Shown: positions 47,847-57,764 of the stretch, piece after piece
Layout of the letters: each line of letters opens with the position of its first letter
Position numbering within the stretch: position 1 is the stretch's first letter
NCBI GenBank assembly: GCA_035466075.1
Contig: DATIVG010000128.1
Location: 1,109-65,108 of the forward strand
DNA length: 64,000 bases
Source: Nodosilinea sp.
GTDB taxonomy: Bacteria; Cyanobacteriota; Cyanobacteriia; Phormidesmidales; Phormidesmidaceae
Direction: 5' to 3'
The notes under the pieces: generated by a model
Database searches by the model: none
What the model saw: the letters and a program-made list of their open reading frames with translations, nothing else
Told to the model about the DNA's origin: nothing
Program-made: the position numbers and the translations under genes

Positions 47847-48039
47847 ATCGTGCCCCTTTGCTGGTAGCCGTGATATAAACACCCTAACCCGAGTGTAGGG
47901 GGCAGATCTGCCCCTAGAGTTAAAGACTTTCTATTGCTCTGCGGCAGCTCCCCAATCATAACGACCGCTGTGACTCGGGTTATGTGTCTAGGTTTCCCAG
48001 CCGGTGTAGGTTATTTTGTAGGTTTTCTTGAATTGCCCT

Positions 48040-48249
48040 ATGGCCAGCATTGACTACATTAAGCTCGATCAGTTTCTTAAGCAGCGCCAGATTGTCAATT
48101 CGGGGGGGCAGGCCAAAATGATGGTGCAGGGGGGAGAAGTAATGGTGAATGGGGATGTGGAAACCCGCCGGGGGCGAAAGCTGGTGACCGGTGATTGGGT
48201 TGAGGTGGGAGGAGAGGGCTGGACGGTTGATCTGGCTGCGCTGACCTGA
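48040..48249 (+). CDS. RNA-binding S4-domain protein (YaaA/RqcP-like)
   Basis: IKLDQFLK...SGGQAK..VQGGEV.VNGDVETRRGRKLVTGD.V. Confidence 0.92.
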   Translation: MASIDYIKLDQFLKQRQIVNSGGQAKMMVQGGEVMVNGDVETRRGRKLVTGDWVEVGGEGWTVDLAALT

Positions 48250-48369
48250 GGAGCTTTAGCCCGGCGGTGAGACGCTATCGCCCTCTGTAAAATTTATGGG
48301 CTTGTTAAGCAACCTCGAACCTTAGGGAGAGAATGCTGAGCTGGTCCATAGGTTGTGAATACTTGAGGG

Positions 48370-48849
48370 ATGACACCCAATCAATTCTTTATTCAGAGCG
48401 CTGCTATGGAATTACGCGATATTTTGAAAGATAAGACCGTGAAAGCCCAGGTGGTGGAGGACTGCGCCCGGCTCATCGATCAGCAGGTGGCGGCCAAGGG
48501 CGGGCTCGGGGGCATGGCTCTCAAGGCCACCTACGGCGTGGTCAAAGGCGTCGGCCCCGGCTATATTCCGGGGGCTATTGAGCGGATTTTGCCCCAGGTG
48601 GTGACGGCGCTGGAGCCGATGTGGGCCGACGGGCTGCGGGCTGGTGATCCGGTGGGGTACCTGAGCCAAAACTCTGTGCAGGCGGCCGACGTGATTTTAG
48701 GGGTGACCGACGACCGCATTGCCAAAACCGACAATGGTTTGGTGAAGTCGTCGTACAGCAAGCTGCGCCAGTCGGTAAAAGGCGACGTGGAGAGTGCAGT
48801 ACCGGGCTTGGCTAAAATTTTGGGTGCCCATAGCGCCGTTGCTCCCTAG
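48370..48849 (+). CDS. DUF6918-family protein
   Basis: VVEDC..LIDQQVAAKGG.GGMALK..YGVVK.V.PG...ILGVTD.R pattern. Confidence 0.72.
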   Translation: MTPNQFFIQSAAMELRDILKDKTVKAQVVEDCARLIDQQVAAKGGLGGMALKATYGVVKGVGPGYIPGAIERILPQVVTALEPMWADGLRAGDPVGYLSQNSVQAADVILGVTDDRIAKTDNGLVKSSYSKLRQSVKGDVESAVPGLAKILGAHSAVAP

Positions 48850-48905
48850 GCGGGCAGCGGGGGCGGGCTGTAGGGAGGGCTGTGCAGGTAGGCTGCGGGG
48901 TAGCG

Positions 48906-50432
48906 TTAAGCCAGCTGGCCAGTGCTGTAGAGCCGATCCCAGTAGGGCTCGGCGAACTTTACCAGCCAGTCTTTGATGTGGTAAGTGGCTCGGCAGTCGT
49001 CTTCGTTGTAGCGGAGGATGGAGTCTAGATAGGTGCGATCGCCGGTTTCGGCCCAGGCGTTGTACCAACAGATCGACTGGGCCCCGTTGGCTCCTTCGTC
49101 GCGCCAGTTGAACCCCATCCAGCGGGCAATGTGCTTGAGGGCATAGCTCTCAATGGGCAGGGTAACGCCGTCGGTGATGCACTTGTGGACATCAAAGAAG
49201 CGGTCCAGCAGCGCATCGGTGTGGCGGTGGGGGGTGCCGTAGAGCTGGCCCAGCTTGCGCACGGTTTGCGCTTCGTAGGGGCAGAAGTGGTACACCGGCG
49301 CATGGGGGTAGGCATGCACCAGATCGAGAAACTCATTCCAGGCGGTGCGCTCCTGGCGGTGGTTCTCGGCCAGCAGGGCATGGAAGTTGGTTTCGCCAGT
49401 GATCTGGTTGACCACCAGCACCCCGTGCAGATAGATCAGGTTTTGATCGGGGGCGGCCTCAATATCGAAGTAGAGCTCAAACTCGCCCTCGGGGAGATCT
49501 TCGGGCCACAGGGGAAACCCGTGGGGGGCGTGGGGGGCGCTGCGGGCAATGGCTCGGTTCTCAATCAGCGCCTGGGCCTGGTGCACTAGCTTCTCGGCTA
49601 CCTGTTCGCCAAAGCCGGTGAGGGGGGCGAGGTAGGCTGGGCTCGCCTGGGCCAGGGCCGCGACGGTGGTTAACTGGTGTTGTTTGAGCAGGTCGTAGCG
49701 GGCTGGGGTGACCCCAGGCAGCAGAGACAGATGCCGGGCGGCCTGGGCCTCGCTGTAACAGTGGCTAAACCAGTGGCACAGATCGCAGCGGCTGTGGGAA
49801 ATGAAGAGTTCGGGTGGGGTGGGGCGGCGCAGATCGGCGAGGCAGTCGTTGAGCACGGTTTGTAGTTTGAGCACCAGCCGGGCCAGATCGACGTTGTAGA
49901 TCTGGCCCCCGCGCAGGGCTAGACAGCTGGCCTCGGGCCAGACCCCCTGCACCCGCGACAGCACGTAGGCGTGGTAGGTAGCCATTACCTGATAGTCGAG
50001 TTTTGGCTTTTTGCCCAGTTTGATGTCGATGGGCAGGTAGACCCAGTCGCCCCAGCAGGACCAGCCGGGCTGCTTGACTAGTAGATCGGGCTGGCTCACC
50101 AGCTGCACGCCATCGACGGCGGAGTTGGTGACTAGCACCCCCTGTTGAATGGCTTCGACCCCTGCGGCCATGAGGGCGCGGGTGGCCTCGGCGCCGGTTT
50201 CCCAATCGCCGGAGGAAAACTGGGGGCGGTGGAGCGGATAGTAGTCGTCGAGCACCTGCTCTCGATGCAGCAGGCTGTCTTGCCGCAGTTTGAGCAGATA
50301 GTCGGAGGGGGGGGCCTGCTGGCCGCGATCGCCGTAGAGATCGAGGAACGCTCGGCGGTTGCAGCGCTGGTAGTGAAACAGCACGTCGTCGGTCAGCCAC
50401 TGCAAGGGATATGGAGGGGGCAGTGTTGCCAC
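48906..50432 (-). CDS. TM0106-family RecB-like putative nuclease (PD-(D/E)XK + RNase H-like)
   Basis: HYQRC.RRAFLD, QPDLL...PIDIKLG, LYFDIE, YALKHIA..MGF.WR, YNEDDCRAT. Start uncertain (GTG 50432). Confidence 0.88.
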   Translation of the reverse strand: MATLPPPYPLQWLTDDVLFHYQRCNRRAFLDLYGDRGQQAPPSDYLLKLRQDSLLHREQVLDDYYPLHRPQFSSGDWETGAEATRALMAAGVEAIQQGVLVTNSAVDGVQLVSQPDLLVKQPGWSCWGDWVYLPIDIKLGKKPKLDYQVMATYHAYVLSRVQGVWPEASCLALRGGQIYNVDLARLVLKLQTVLNDCLADLRRPTPPELFISHSRCDLCHWFSHCYSEAQAARHLSLLPGVTPARYDLLKQHQLTTVAALAQASPAYLAPLTGFGEQVAEKLVHQAQALIENRAIARSAPHAPHGFPLWPEDLPEGEFELYFDIEAAPDQNLIYLHGVLVVNQITGETNFHALLAENHRQERTAWNEFLDLVHAYPHAPVYHFCPYEAQTVRKLGQLYGTPHRHTDALLDRFFDVHKCITDGVTLPIESYALKHIARWMGFNWRDEGANGAQSICWYNAWAETGDRTYLDSILRYNEDDCRATYHIKDWLVKFAEPYWDRLYSTGQLA

Positions 50433-50951
50433 CTCAGCGGCCAACTTCAGGGGGCTTGACGGGCCACCCCCTGAGCTGGAACGCGGCGGCAGGGGGTGAC
50501 TAGCAGACAAGGCGAGGGGTAGGGCAGGGGGTGAAAAACGGCAGGCAGGGCTGTAGCTGTTGCCCAAGAACAGTGGGGCAGGTACCGGGCTGAACCGGGC
50601 TAGCTGGATTGGACTGCGGCGACTTGAACAGCAACGATGTCTGTTGCTGATTGCGAGCTATCTGGTGCTGTTGCAGGCCGCAGTGCATACTCAACTCAAA
50701 CGGGGCGGGTCTATAAAGGGCCGGGCGTATACCCAGATCATTCTAAGCATGTTATACCCTATCGGGGTGACTGAGGGAATGGAGACCGGGAGAGGCAGTG
50801 GTGCCAGGGTTGCATCACGGCTCTGGGGTATTCTCTGACCGCACGCGACGGTTGACCGCGCGCGACGGTGGCCGGTGATTAAACAGCCAAGGATTGCCCA
50901 GCGATTGGCGTAGCTTGCTAGCTTTATAGACGCTGTATACCTGGTCTGAGT

Positions 50952-52175
50952 GTGACCTATTTTTCTGATTCGGCGGCGGGGCTCGATGAGCTACTGACCC
51001 ATCGCCAGGGGTTTTTGGCCCTGGAGGGCAAGCGGTATTTTAACTACGGTGGGCAGGGGCCGGTGGCGGCGGTCGCCCTGGAGGCGATGGCTGAGTCGCA
51101 GCGGCAGATGCAGCGGCTGGGGCCGTTTTCGGGGGCGGCTAACCAGTGGGTGGTGGCAGAAACAGCCCAGACCCGAGCCGCGATCGCAGCTGAGCTGGGC
51201 ACCACCGCCGACACCATTACCCTGAGCGAAGATGTCACCGTGGGCTGCAACATTCCGCTGTGGGGGCTGGACTGGCGGGCGGGCGATCACCTGTTGCTCT
51301 CCGACTGCGAGCACCCCGGCATTGTGGCGGCGGTGCAGGAACTGGGCCGCCGCTACGGCGTCACCCACAGCGTTTGCCCGCTGCTAGACACCGTGAACGG
51401 GGGCGACCCGGTGGCGGTGGTGGCCGACCATCTGCAACCTCGCACCCGGCTGCTGGTGATCAGCCATATTTTTTGGAATACGGGCCAGGTCTTGCCCCTG
51501 GATCGCATTGCGGCGCTGTGTCACGGCCAGCCCCACCCGGTGCTGGTGCTGGTGGATGCGGCCCAGTCGGTGGGAGCTATGCCCCTGGATTTGCCCGCCC
51601 TGGGGGTCGATTTCTACGCTTTTACCGGGCACAAGTGGTGGTGCGGGCCAGCGGGGCTGGGGGGGCTCTACGTGCGCCCCGAGGCGCGGGCGGCGATTGC
51701 CCCCACTTTTATTGGCTGGCGCAGCATTACCACCGATGCCGCCGCCAACCCCACGGGCTGGCAGCCCAGCGGCCAGCGGTATGAGGTGGCGACGTCAAAC
51801 TACGCGCTGCTGGCGGGGTTGCGGGCTGCGATCGCACATCAAACCCAGTGGGGCAGCGCCGCTGAGCGCCATCGGCGTCTGGTCGCCCTCAGCCAGCGCC
51901 TGTGGTCACAACTGCAAGACCTGCCCCAGATCCGCCCGGTGCGGCAAACCCCGCCAGATTCTGGCTTAGTTTCCTTTTGGATTTTAGAGAATGGCGCCCC
52001 CTCCCCCCGCTGGCACAAGCACTTAGTAGAGACCCTAGAGACCCAGGGCATCTATCTGCGCACCCTCCAAGCGCCCAACTGCGTGCGCGCCTGCGTCCAC
52101 TACCTGACCCTAGAATCCGAGGTGGATGAGCTGGTAGCGGCGATTCAGGCGGGCCTGGAGCAGCCCCTGGCCTAG
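50952..52175 (+). CDS. L-cysteine/cystine C-S lyase (C-DES), class V PLP enzyme
   Basis: [50 protein letters not shown]...RACVHY, as I recall for Synechocystis C-DES. Confidence 0.88.
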   Translation: MTYFSDSAAGLDELLTHRQGFLALEGKRYFNYGGQGPVAAVALEAMAESQRQMQRLGPFSGAANQWVVAETAQTRAAIAAELGTTADTITLSEDVTVGCNIPLWGLDWRAGDHLLLSDCEHPGIVAAVQELGRRYGVTHSVCPLLDTVNGGDPVAVVADHLQPRTRLLVISHIFWNTGQVLPLDRIAALCHGQPHPVLVLVDAAQSVGAMPLDLPALGVDFYAFTGHKWWCGPAGLGGLYVRPEARAAIAPTFIGWRSITTDAAANPTGWQPSGQRYEVATSNYALLAGLRAAIAHQTQWGSAAERHRRLVALSQRLWSQLQDLPQIRPVRQTPPDSGLVSFWILENGAPSPRWHKHLVETLETQGIYLRTLQAPNCVRACVHYLTLESEVDELVAAIQAGLEQPLA

Positions 52176-52362
52176 GGGTCAACGGAGCGTTCAAAGGTTC
52201 AGCGGGTTGATGGGGCAATGTCTTCGCCAACGAGACCCAGATAATCGCCTGAGACACCGCCCAAGCCCGTTGCCTAAGACCGTTGCCCAGGGCGATCGCC
52301 ACCGATGCGGCCCCCCAGACCCGCTAAAATTGAAGACCTACCGCTCTTTTGTGTTCAGCCCC

Positions 52363-54291
52363 ATGATCGCCCCAGGTTCCATTGACTTTGTAGATGAGTA
52401 CGACGTGGTTGTGGTTGGCGGCGGCCACTCGGGCTGCGAGGCGGCTCTGGCGGCGGCCCGCCTGGGCTGTCGCACGCTGATGCTGACCCTCAACCTCGAC
52501 AAAATTGGCTGGCAGCCCTGCAACCCCGCCGTGGGCGGCCCCGCCAAGTCGCAGCTCACCCACGAGGTCGATGCCCTGGGCGGCGAAATTGGCAAAATGG
52601 CCGACCGCACCTACCTGCAAAAGCGCGTGCTCAACAGCTCCCGCGGCCCCGCCGTGTGGGCGCTGCGGGCCCAAACCGACAAGCGCGAGTACGCCGCCGT
52701 GATGAAAACCATCGTTGAAAACCAGGACAACCTGGTGATTCGCGAGGGCATGGTCACCGACCTGGTGTTGGGCCCCAACGACGAGGTGGCGGGGGTCGCC
52801 ACCTACTTTGGCATGGCCTTTGGGTGCAAGGCCGTCATTCTCACCACCGGCACGTTTTTGGGCGGCACCATTTGGATTGGCGACCGGTCGATGGCCGCCG
52901 GGCGGGCGGGCGAATTTGCCGCCACCGGCCTCACCGACACCCTCAACCGCCTGGGGTTTGAAACCGGGCGGCTCAAAACCGGCACCCCGGCTCGGGTCGA
53001 CCGCCGCTCCATCGACTTCGCGGGGCTCGAACCCCAGCCCGGCGACGAGGAGGTGCGCTGGTTTAGCTTTGACCCCGAGGCCTGGGTGGAGCGCGAGCAG
53101 CTGCCCTGCTACCTCACCCGCACCACCGCCGCCACCCACCAGCTGATTCGCGACAACCTGCACCGGTCGCCGATCTACGGCGGCTGGGTCGAGTCGAAGG
53201 GGCCCCGCTACTGCCCCAGCATCGAAGACAAAATCGTTCGCTTTGCCGACAAAGAGAGCCACCAGATCTTTCTGGAGCCCGAGGGGCGCGATATTCCTGA
53301 CATCTACGTGCAGGGCTTTTCGACCGGGCTGCCCGAAACCCTTCAGCTGGCCATGCTGCGCACCCTGCCGGGGCTAGAACGCTGCACCATGCTGCGCCCG
53401 GCCTACGCGGTGGAGTACGACTATCTGCCCGCCACCCAGTGCTATCCCACGATGATGACCAAACGGGTGGCCGGGCTCTTTTGTGCGGGGCAGGTCAACG
53501 GCACCACCGGCTACGAAGAGGCGGCGGCCCAGGGGTTGGTGGCGGGGATCAATGCGGCCCGCCTGGTGCAGGGCCAGGAGATGGTGGTGTTCCCCCGGGA
53601 GCAGAGCTACATTGGCACCCTGCTCGATGACCTCTGCACCAAGGACCTGCGCGAGCCCTACCGCATGCTCACCTCCCGCTCTGAGTACCGGCTGCTGCTG
53701 CGCTCCGACAACGCCGACCAGCGGTTGACGCCCCTGGGCCGCGAGATCGGGCTGATCGACGATCGCCGTTGGCAGATTTTCACCCGCAAATACGAGGCCA
53801 TCGCCGCTGAAAAAGAGCGCTTGCAGGGCACCCGGGTGAAAGAGCACGACGACCTGGGCCAGCAAATCGCGGCGGATAGCGATCAGCGCATCAAGGGGTC
53901 GATCACCCTGGCTGACCTGCTGCGCCGTCCGGGCTGGCACTACGCCGACCTCGATCGCTACGGCCTGGGCAATCTGGCCCTGGCCCGCGACGAAAAAGAA
54001 GGGGCTGAAATCGACATCAAGTACTCGGGCTACATTCAGCGGCAGCAAAACCAGATCGACCAGGTGGCGAGGAATGTGGGCCGCAAGCTGCCGGAATCGC
54101 TGGACTATGCAGCCATTGACACCCTCTCTAAGGAGGCGCGGGAGAAGCTCAACCAGGTGAAGCCGCTCACCGTGGGGCAGGCTTCTCGCATTGGCGGGGT
54201 CAACCCGGCGGATGTGAATGCGCTGCTGGTGTATTTGGAGCTGCGATCGCGCCGCAGTGCCGCCGCCCAGCCAGTGGGATCCAACCCGTAA
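52363..54291 (+). CDS. mnmG: tRNA uridine-5-carboxymethylaminomethyl modification enzyme MnmG/GidA
   Basis: [49 protein letters not shown]. Start ATG 52363. Confidence 0.98.
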   Translation: MIAPGSIDFVDEYDVVVVGGGHSGCEAALAAARLGCRTLMLTLNLDKIGWQPCNPAVGGPAKSQLTHEVDALGGEIGKMADRTYLQKRVLNSSRGPAVWALRAQTDKREYAAVMKTIVENQDNLVIREGMVTDLVLGPNDEVAGVATYFGMAFGCKAVILTTGTFLGGTIWIGDRSMAAGRAGEFAATGLTDTLNRLGFETGRLKTGTPARVDRRSIDFAGLEPQPGDEEVRWFSFDPEAWVEREQLPCYLTRTTAATHQLIRDNLHRSPIYGGWVESKGPRYCPSIEDKIVRFADKESHQIFLEPEGRDIPDIYVQGFSTGLPETLQLAMLRTLPGLERCTMLRPAYAVEYDYLPATQCYPTMMTKRVAGLFCAGQVNGTTGYEEAAAQGLVAGINAARLVQGQEMVVFPREQSYIGTLLDDLCTKDLREPYRMLTSRSEYRLLLRSDNADQRLTPLGREIGLIDDRRWQIFTRKYEAIAAEKERLQGTRVKEHDDLGQQIAADSDQRIKGSITLADLLRRPGWHYADLDRYGLGNLALARDEKEGAEIDIKYSGYIQRQQNQIDQVARNVGRKLPESLDYAAIDTLSKEAREKLNQVKPLTVGQASRIGGVNPADVNALLVYLELRSRRSAAAQPVGSNP

Positions 54292-54319
54292 CCTGGCCGG
54301 TCATAGGGAGCCGCGATCG

Positions 54320-55183
54320 CTAGCGCAGCAGCTGGTCAATCATGCGGTTGGCCTGGGCCTCGTAGCTGCCGCCAAACAGCGTGAAATGGTTGAGGATGTG
54401 GTAAAGGTTGTACAACGTTTTGCGGCTGCCGTAGCCGCTGTCCAGCGGGTAGGCGGCATGGTAGGCGGCATAAAACGCCTCGGGAAAGCGGCCAAACAGC
54501 TCGGTCATGGCGATGTCTACCTCGCGGTCGCCGTAGTAGGTGGCCGGGTCTAAAATCACCGGCTCGCCGCTGGTGGTCACCGCCGCGTTGCCCGACCACA
54601 GGTCACCGTGCACCAGGGCCGGGGCCGGGGTATGGTCCGCCAGCAGATCGGGCAGAGCCATGAGCAGCTCGTGCTGGCGCGGAAACCGCCCGCCCCGCCG
54701 CCCCGCCAGGCGAAACTGATGGCGCAGGCGGTGTTCTCGGTAAAACTCAAGCCAGGTGGCCGTCCAGGGGTTGGGCTGGGGGGTGGCACCAATGGTGTTG
54801 TCCTGGTGCCAGCCAAAGCCGCTGGCGGTAGTCACCCGGTGCATAGCCGCCAGGGCAGTGCCCATGCGGCCCCAGGCATCGCCGCCGCCGCTGCCCAAAT
54901 CCAGCCATTCCATCGCCAGGTAGGCCATGCCGTCGGCGGTGCCCCAGCAGATCGGCCGGGGTACCCGAATGGTTTGGCTGTTGTACAGATCCCTCAGGCC
55001 CAGGGCCTCGGCCTCAAACATGGCGACCTGGGGAGCCTGGTTGAGCTTGAGGAAAAAGGTTTGGCGCTCGTCGCTGAGCCGGTAGGCCTGGTTGATGCAG
55101 CCGCCCCCGACCGACTGGCGGGCCTCCACGGCAAAGGCGGTGCCGGTTTGGGCGCTAATGTGCTGTGCGATCGCAGTCCACAT
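54320..55183 (-). CDS. Fructosamine kinase family protein
   Basis: VGGGCIN, FEAEALGL, HGDLWSGN, DPATYYGDREVDIAM. Start ATG 55183. Confidence 0.93.
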   Translation of the reverse strand: MWTAIAQHISAQTGTAFAVEARQSVGGGCINQAYRLSDERQTFFLKLNQAPQVAMFEAEALGLRDLYNSQTIRVPRPICWGTADGMAYLAMEWLDLGSGGGDAWGRMGTALAAMHRVTTASGFGWHQDNTIGATPQPNPWTATWLEFYREHRLRHQFRLAGRRGGRFPRQHELLMALPDLLADHTPAPALVHGDLWSGNAAVTTSGEPVILDPATYYGDREVDIAMTELFGRFPEAFYAAYHAAYPLDSGYGSRKTLYNLYHILNHFTLFGGSYEAQANRMIDQLLR

Positions 55184-55202
55184 GGCAGTCGTTTCCCCAG
55201 CC

Positions 55203-56519
55203 CTAGGCACGCTCCGGATGCAGCACCACCACCCCGTAGGCCGCCCCAGAGAGGTAGGTCTGGGCGGCCTGGAGCAGCTCCGCCTGGGTGAGCCGCTGGA
55301 TGTGGGCCGGGTAGTTGATGCCGTCAGTGATATTGCCGGTCAGGGTGTGGTAGTAGCCGTAGAGCCCGGCCCGATCGCTGGGGGTCTCGTTGGCAAAAAT
55401 AAACCGATTGGCCACCTGGGTCTGCACCCGCCGCAGCTCCGCCAGGCTGACCGGCTGCTGACAGATGGTGTCAATGTGGTGGGCAATCGCCGCCTCCACC
55501 GTCTCAAGATGCTCCGGGGGCAGCTGGGCCGACACCATAAACACCCCCTGGTGGGCCATGGTCAGGTTGTTGCAGCTCACGCTGGTGACCAGCTTGCGCT
55601 CCTCCCGCAGGTCTCGCACCAGGCGTGAGGTCAGCCCTCGCCCCAAAATCGACGCCAAAATATCGAGCCCGTAGGTGTCGTCCAGCTGGGCAATGCCGGG
55701 CACCCGCCAGGTCATCACCAGCCGCGCCTGGGTGAGGGCCGGGTCGTGGTGTACCGCCCGCCGCACCGCCGTAAACGGCTGCTCTGCCGCCCCCGGCAGC
55801 AGCGGCTTAAACCATTCCATCGACTCGTGGGCCGCCGGAGCCCGCTGGGCCATGGCCTGCTCAAACCCCTCGGCTACGGTGGCGATCAGCGTGTCTACAG
55901 GCAAATTGCCCACCGCCACCGCCGTCATACTTTGGGGCTGGTACCAGGTGCTATGAAACTCGCGCATCTGCTGAGCGGTGAGGGTTTCCACCACCTCGGC
56001 GGGGCCCAGCACCGAGCGCCGATAGGGCAGATGGTCAAACACCATCTCCATGGTGCGGGCGTAGGTGCGGCGGCGGGGGCTGTCCTCAGCCCGGCGAATC
56101 TCTTCTAAAATCACCGGGCGCTCGCGCTCAAAGTCGTGGTCGCTAATTCGCGGAGCCATCACCATCTGGATCTGAAGCGGTGCCAGGGTCGTGAAATCTG
56201 GCGGGGCGGTGGTGATGTAGTACTTGGTGTAGTCCTGGCTGGTGGCGGCGTTGGTAAAGGCCCCCCGTTCTTCCACCCGGCGCTCAAACTCCCCGCACTG
56301 GAGCTGCTGGGTGCCCTTAAAAATCATGTGCTCTAAAAAGTGAGCCATGCCGTTAATGGCGTCGGTCTCCACCGCTGAGCCCACCCGCAGCCACAGACTG
56401 AGGTTGACCACCTCCAGGGGCATTTGCTCAGCAATCACCGTCAGGCCGTTGGGCAAGCGCCGCAGGGTAGGTGAAACCAGGCGAGGGGGCAGATCAGCGG
56501 TGGCTGAGAGCGAAGGCAT
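55203..56519 (-). CDS. M16-family zinc peptidase
   Basis: Inverted zinc motif HFLEH(MIFKGT), NAATSQD.T, ERERPVILEE. Confidence 0.93.
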   Translation of the reverse strand: MPSLSATADLPPRLVSPTLRRLPNGLTVIAEQMPLEVVNLSLWLRVGSAVETDAINGMAHFLEHMIFKGTQQLQCGEFERRVEERGAFTNAATSQDYTKYYITTAPPDFTTLAPLQIQMVMAPRISDHDFERERPVILEEIRRAEDSPRRRTYARTMEMVFDHLPYRRSVLGPAEVVETLTAQQMREFHSTWYQPQSMTAVAVGNLPVDTLIATVAEGFEQAMAQRAPAAHESMEWFKPLLPGAAEQPFTAVRRAVHHDPALTQARLVMTWRVPGIAQLDDTYGLDILASILGRGLTSRLVRDLREERKLVTSVSCNNLTMAHQGVFMVSAQLPPEHLETVEAAIAHHIDTICQQPVSLAELRRVQTQVANRFIFANETPSDRAGLYGYYHTLTGNITDGINYPAHIQRLTQAELLQAAQTYLSGAAYGVVVLHPERA

Positions 56520-56762
56520 AGGAATTTTATGGCGTAGGCGGTCGAGACAGTTGGCTTTGAATATCTTAACGAGTGAATCCCCCGCGTGGAAAAATTCGCG
56601 GCTAGGGCCTGAGCGGGCGAACTCCGCCGGGGCAGTCGGGGGAATAGACGAAAATTTTGGCCGCTTTTTGCTGCCCTGGGGCCAAAATGCCAGAAACTCA
56701 ATGGCCCATTATCCTGAAAGTATTGTAAATTCCTGGTATGCGGGCTGTTCCGGGGAGGTCAG

Positions 56763-57485
56763 ATGGGAACCTGGATTAAAGAAACAGACATTGCGATTTA
56801 TCTAATGCAGGGGGGTTACTGGATCTCTCGCATTACCAAATATCCCTCCAGCTCCAACCCGAAGGAGCAGGTGGTCAACATTGGCAGCATCAGATCCTGG
56901 TTTCTGCGGGATGACTATCCCCGCGCCATGACGGTGTCCATTGGCACCGGAGCCCCAGAGCCCCAGCCGATGCCGCCGCCACCACCGCCACCACCGCCAC
57001 CGCCGCCGGTGGGCAACACCATCAATGCTGCGGGTCTGGAGATCGTCAAGGGGTTTGAGGGCCTCAGCCTCAAGGCCTACCCCGACCCTGGCACCGGTGG
57101 CGAGCCCTGGACCATTGGCTACGGCCACACGTCGGCGGCGGGGCCGCCCCAGGTCTACCCCGGCCTGACGATCACGCGGGCCCAGGCCGAAGAGATTCTC
57201 AAGCGCGACTTGGCCAAGTACGAAAAGGCGGTGGCCAACGCGGTGACCCGCACTGCCACCAGCGACCAGTTTTCGGCCATGGTGTCGTTTACGTTTAATG
57301 TGGGTCCGGGCAGCTTTCAGTCGTCTACGCTGCTGCGCAAGCACAACGCGGGCGACTTTGCCGGGGCCTCGGAGGAGTTTGGCCGCTGGGTCTATGCCGG
57401 GGGCAATGTGATGGCGGGCTTGGTGCGCCGCCGCAAGGCGGAGCGGGCGCTGTACCGCAGTGAAAACTGGCGGCAGTTTCTCTAG
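56763..57485 (+). CDS. GH24 (phage-type) lysozyme with an uncharacterised N-terminal domain and poly-Pro linker
   Basis: FEGLSLKAYPD...WTIGYGHT, QFSAMVSFTFNVG, WVYAGG...GLVRRRKAERALY; 12 consecutive Pro at 56973-57008. Confidence 0.9.
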   Translation: MGTWIKETDIAIYLMQGGYWISRITKYPSSSNPKEQVVNIGSIRSWFLRDDYPRAMTVSIGTGAPEPQPMPPPPPPPPPPPPVGNTINAAGLEIVKGFEGLSLKAYPDPGTGGEPWTIGYGHTSAAGPPQVYPGLTITRAQAEEILKRDLAKYEKAVANAVTRTATSDQFSAMVSFTFNVGPGSFQSSTLLRKHNAGDFAGASEEFGRWVYAGGNVMAGLVRRRKAERALYRSENWRQFL

Positions 57486-57568
57486 GGGCGCTGCCTACAA
57501 CCCATCTAGAGCTAAAGGCCAGGGCTGGAGACTCCAGCCCTGGCCTTTAGCGATGGCGAGGAAACGGG

Positions 57569-57639
57569 CGGAGTTGGGGTGCGATCGCACCCCAACTCCG
57601 GAACTCAACTCCGGAACTCAACTCCGGGTCTCAGCTCCG
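57569..57639. repeat. HIP1-centred 32-bp perfect palindrome followed by 13-bp tandem repeats
   Basis: cggagttggggtgcga|tcgcaccccaactccg (57569-57600), then gaactcaactccg x2 and ggtctcagctccg. Confidence 0.85.
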
Positions 57640-57764
57640 GGGCTAAAGAACCATTAAGACCTGTAAATGGTCGTTACAGTAGTGGGTTCAGTTCTGGGAA
57701 AAATGAGAGTGGTTTCCTTGGTGCCTACCCCCAGAGGCCGCCATCGTCCCAACGAGCGCACTGT

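Noticed and set aside
47899-47914. 16-bp palindrome GGGGCAGATCTGCCCC in a divergent promoter region
   Set aside because: Single copy, no cognate regulator nearby, insufficient support for a function.
48906-50432. TM0106 nuclease as a Cas4/defence system
   Set aside because: Widespread stand-alone cyanobacterial family; no CRISPR or defence partner genes adjacent.
56763-57485. Prophage around the GH24 lysozyme
   Set aside because: Flanking genes are an M16 peptidase and a c-di-GMP enzyme; no holin, integrase or structural genes.
57588-57639. 13-bp repeats as a possible CRISPR array
   Set aside because: Units are contiguous with no unique spacers, are too short, and no cas genes are present.
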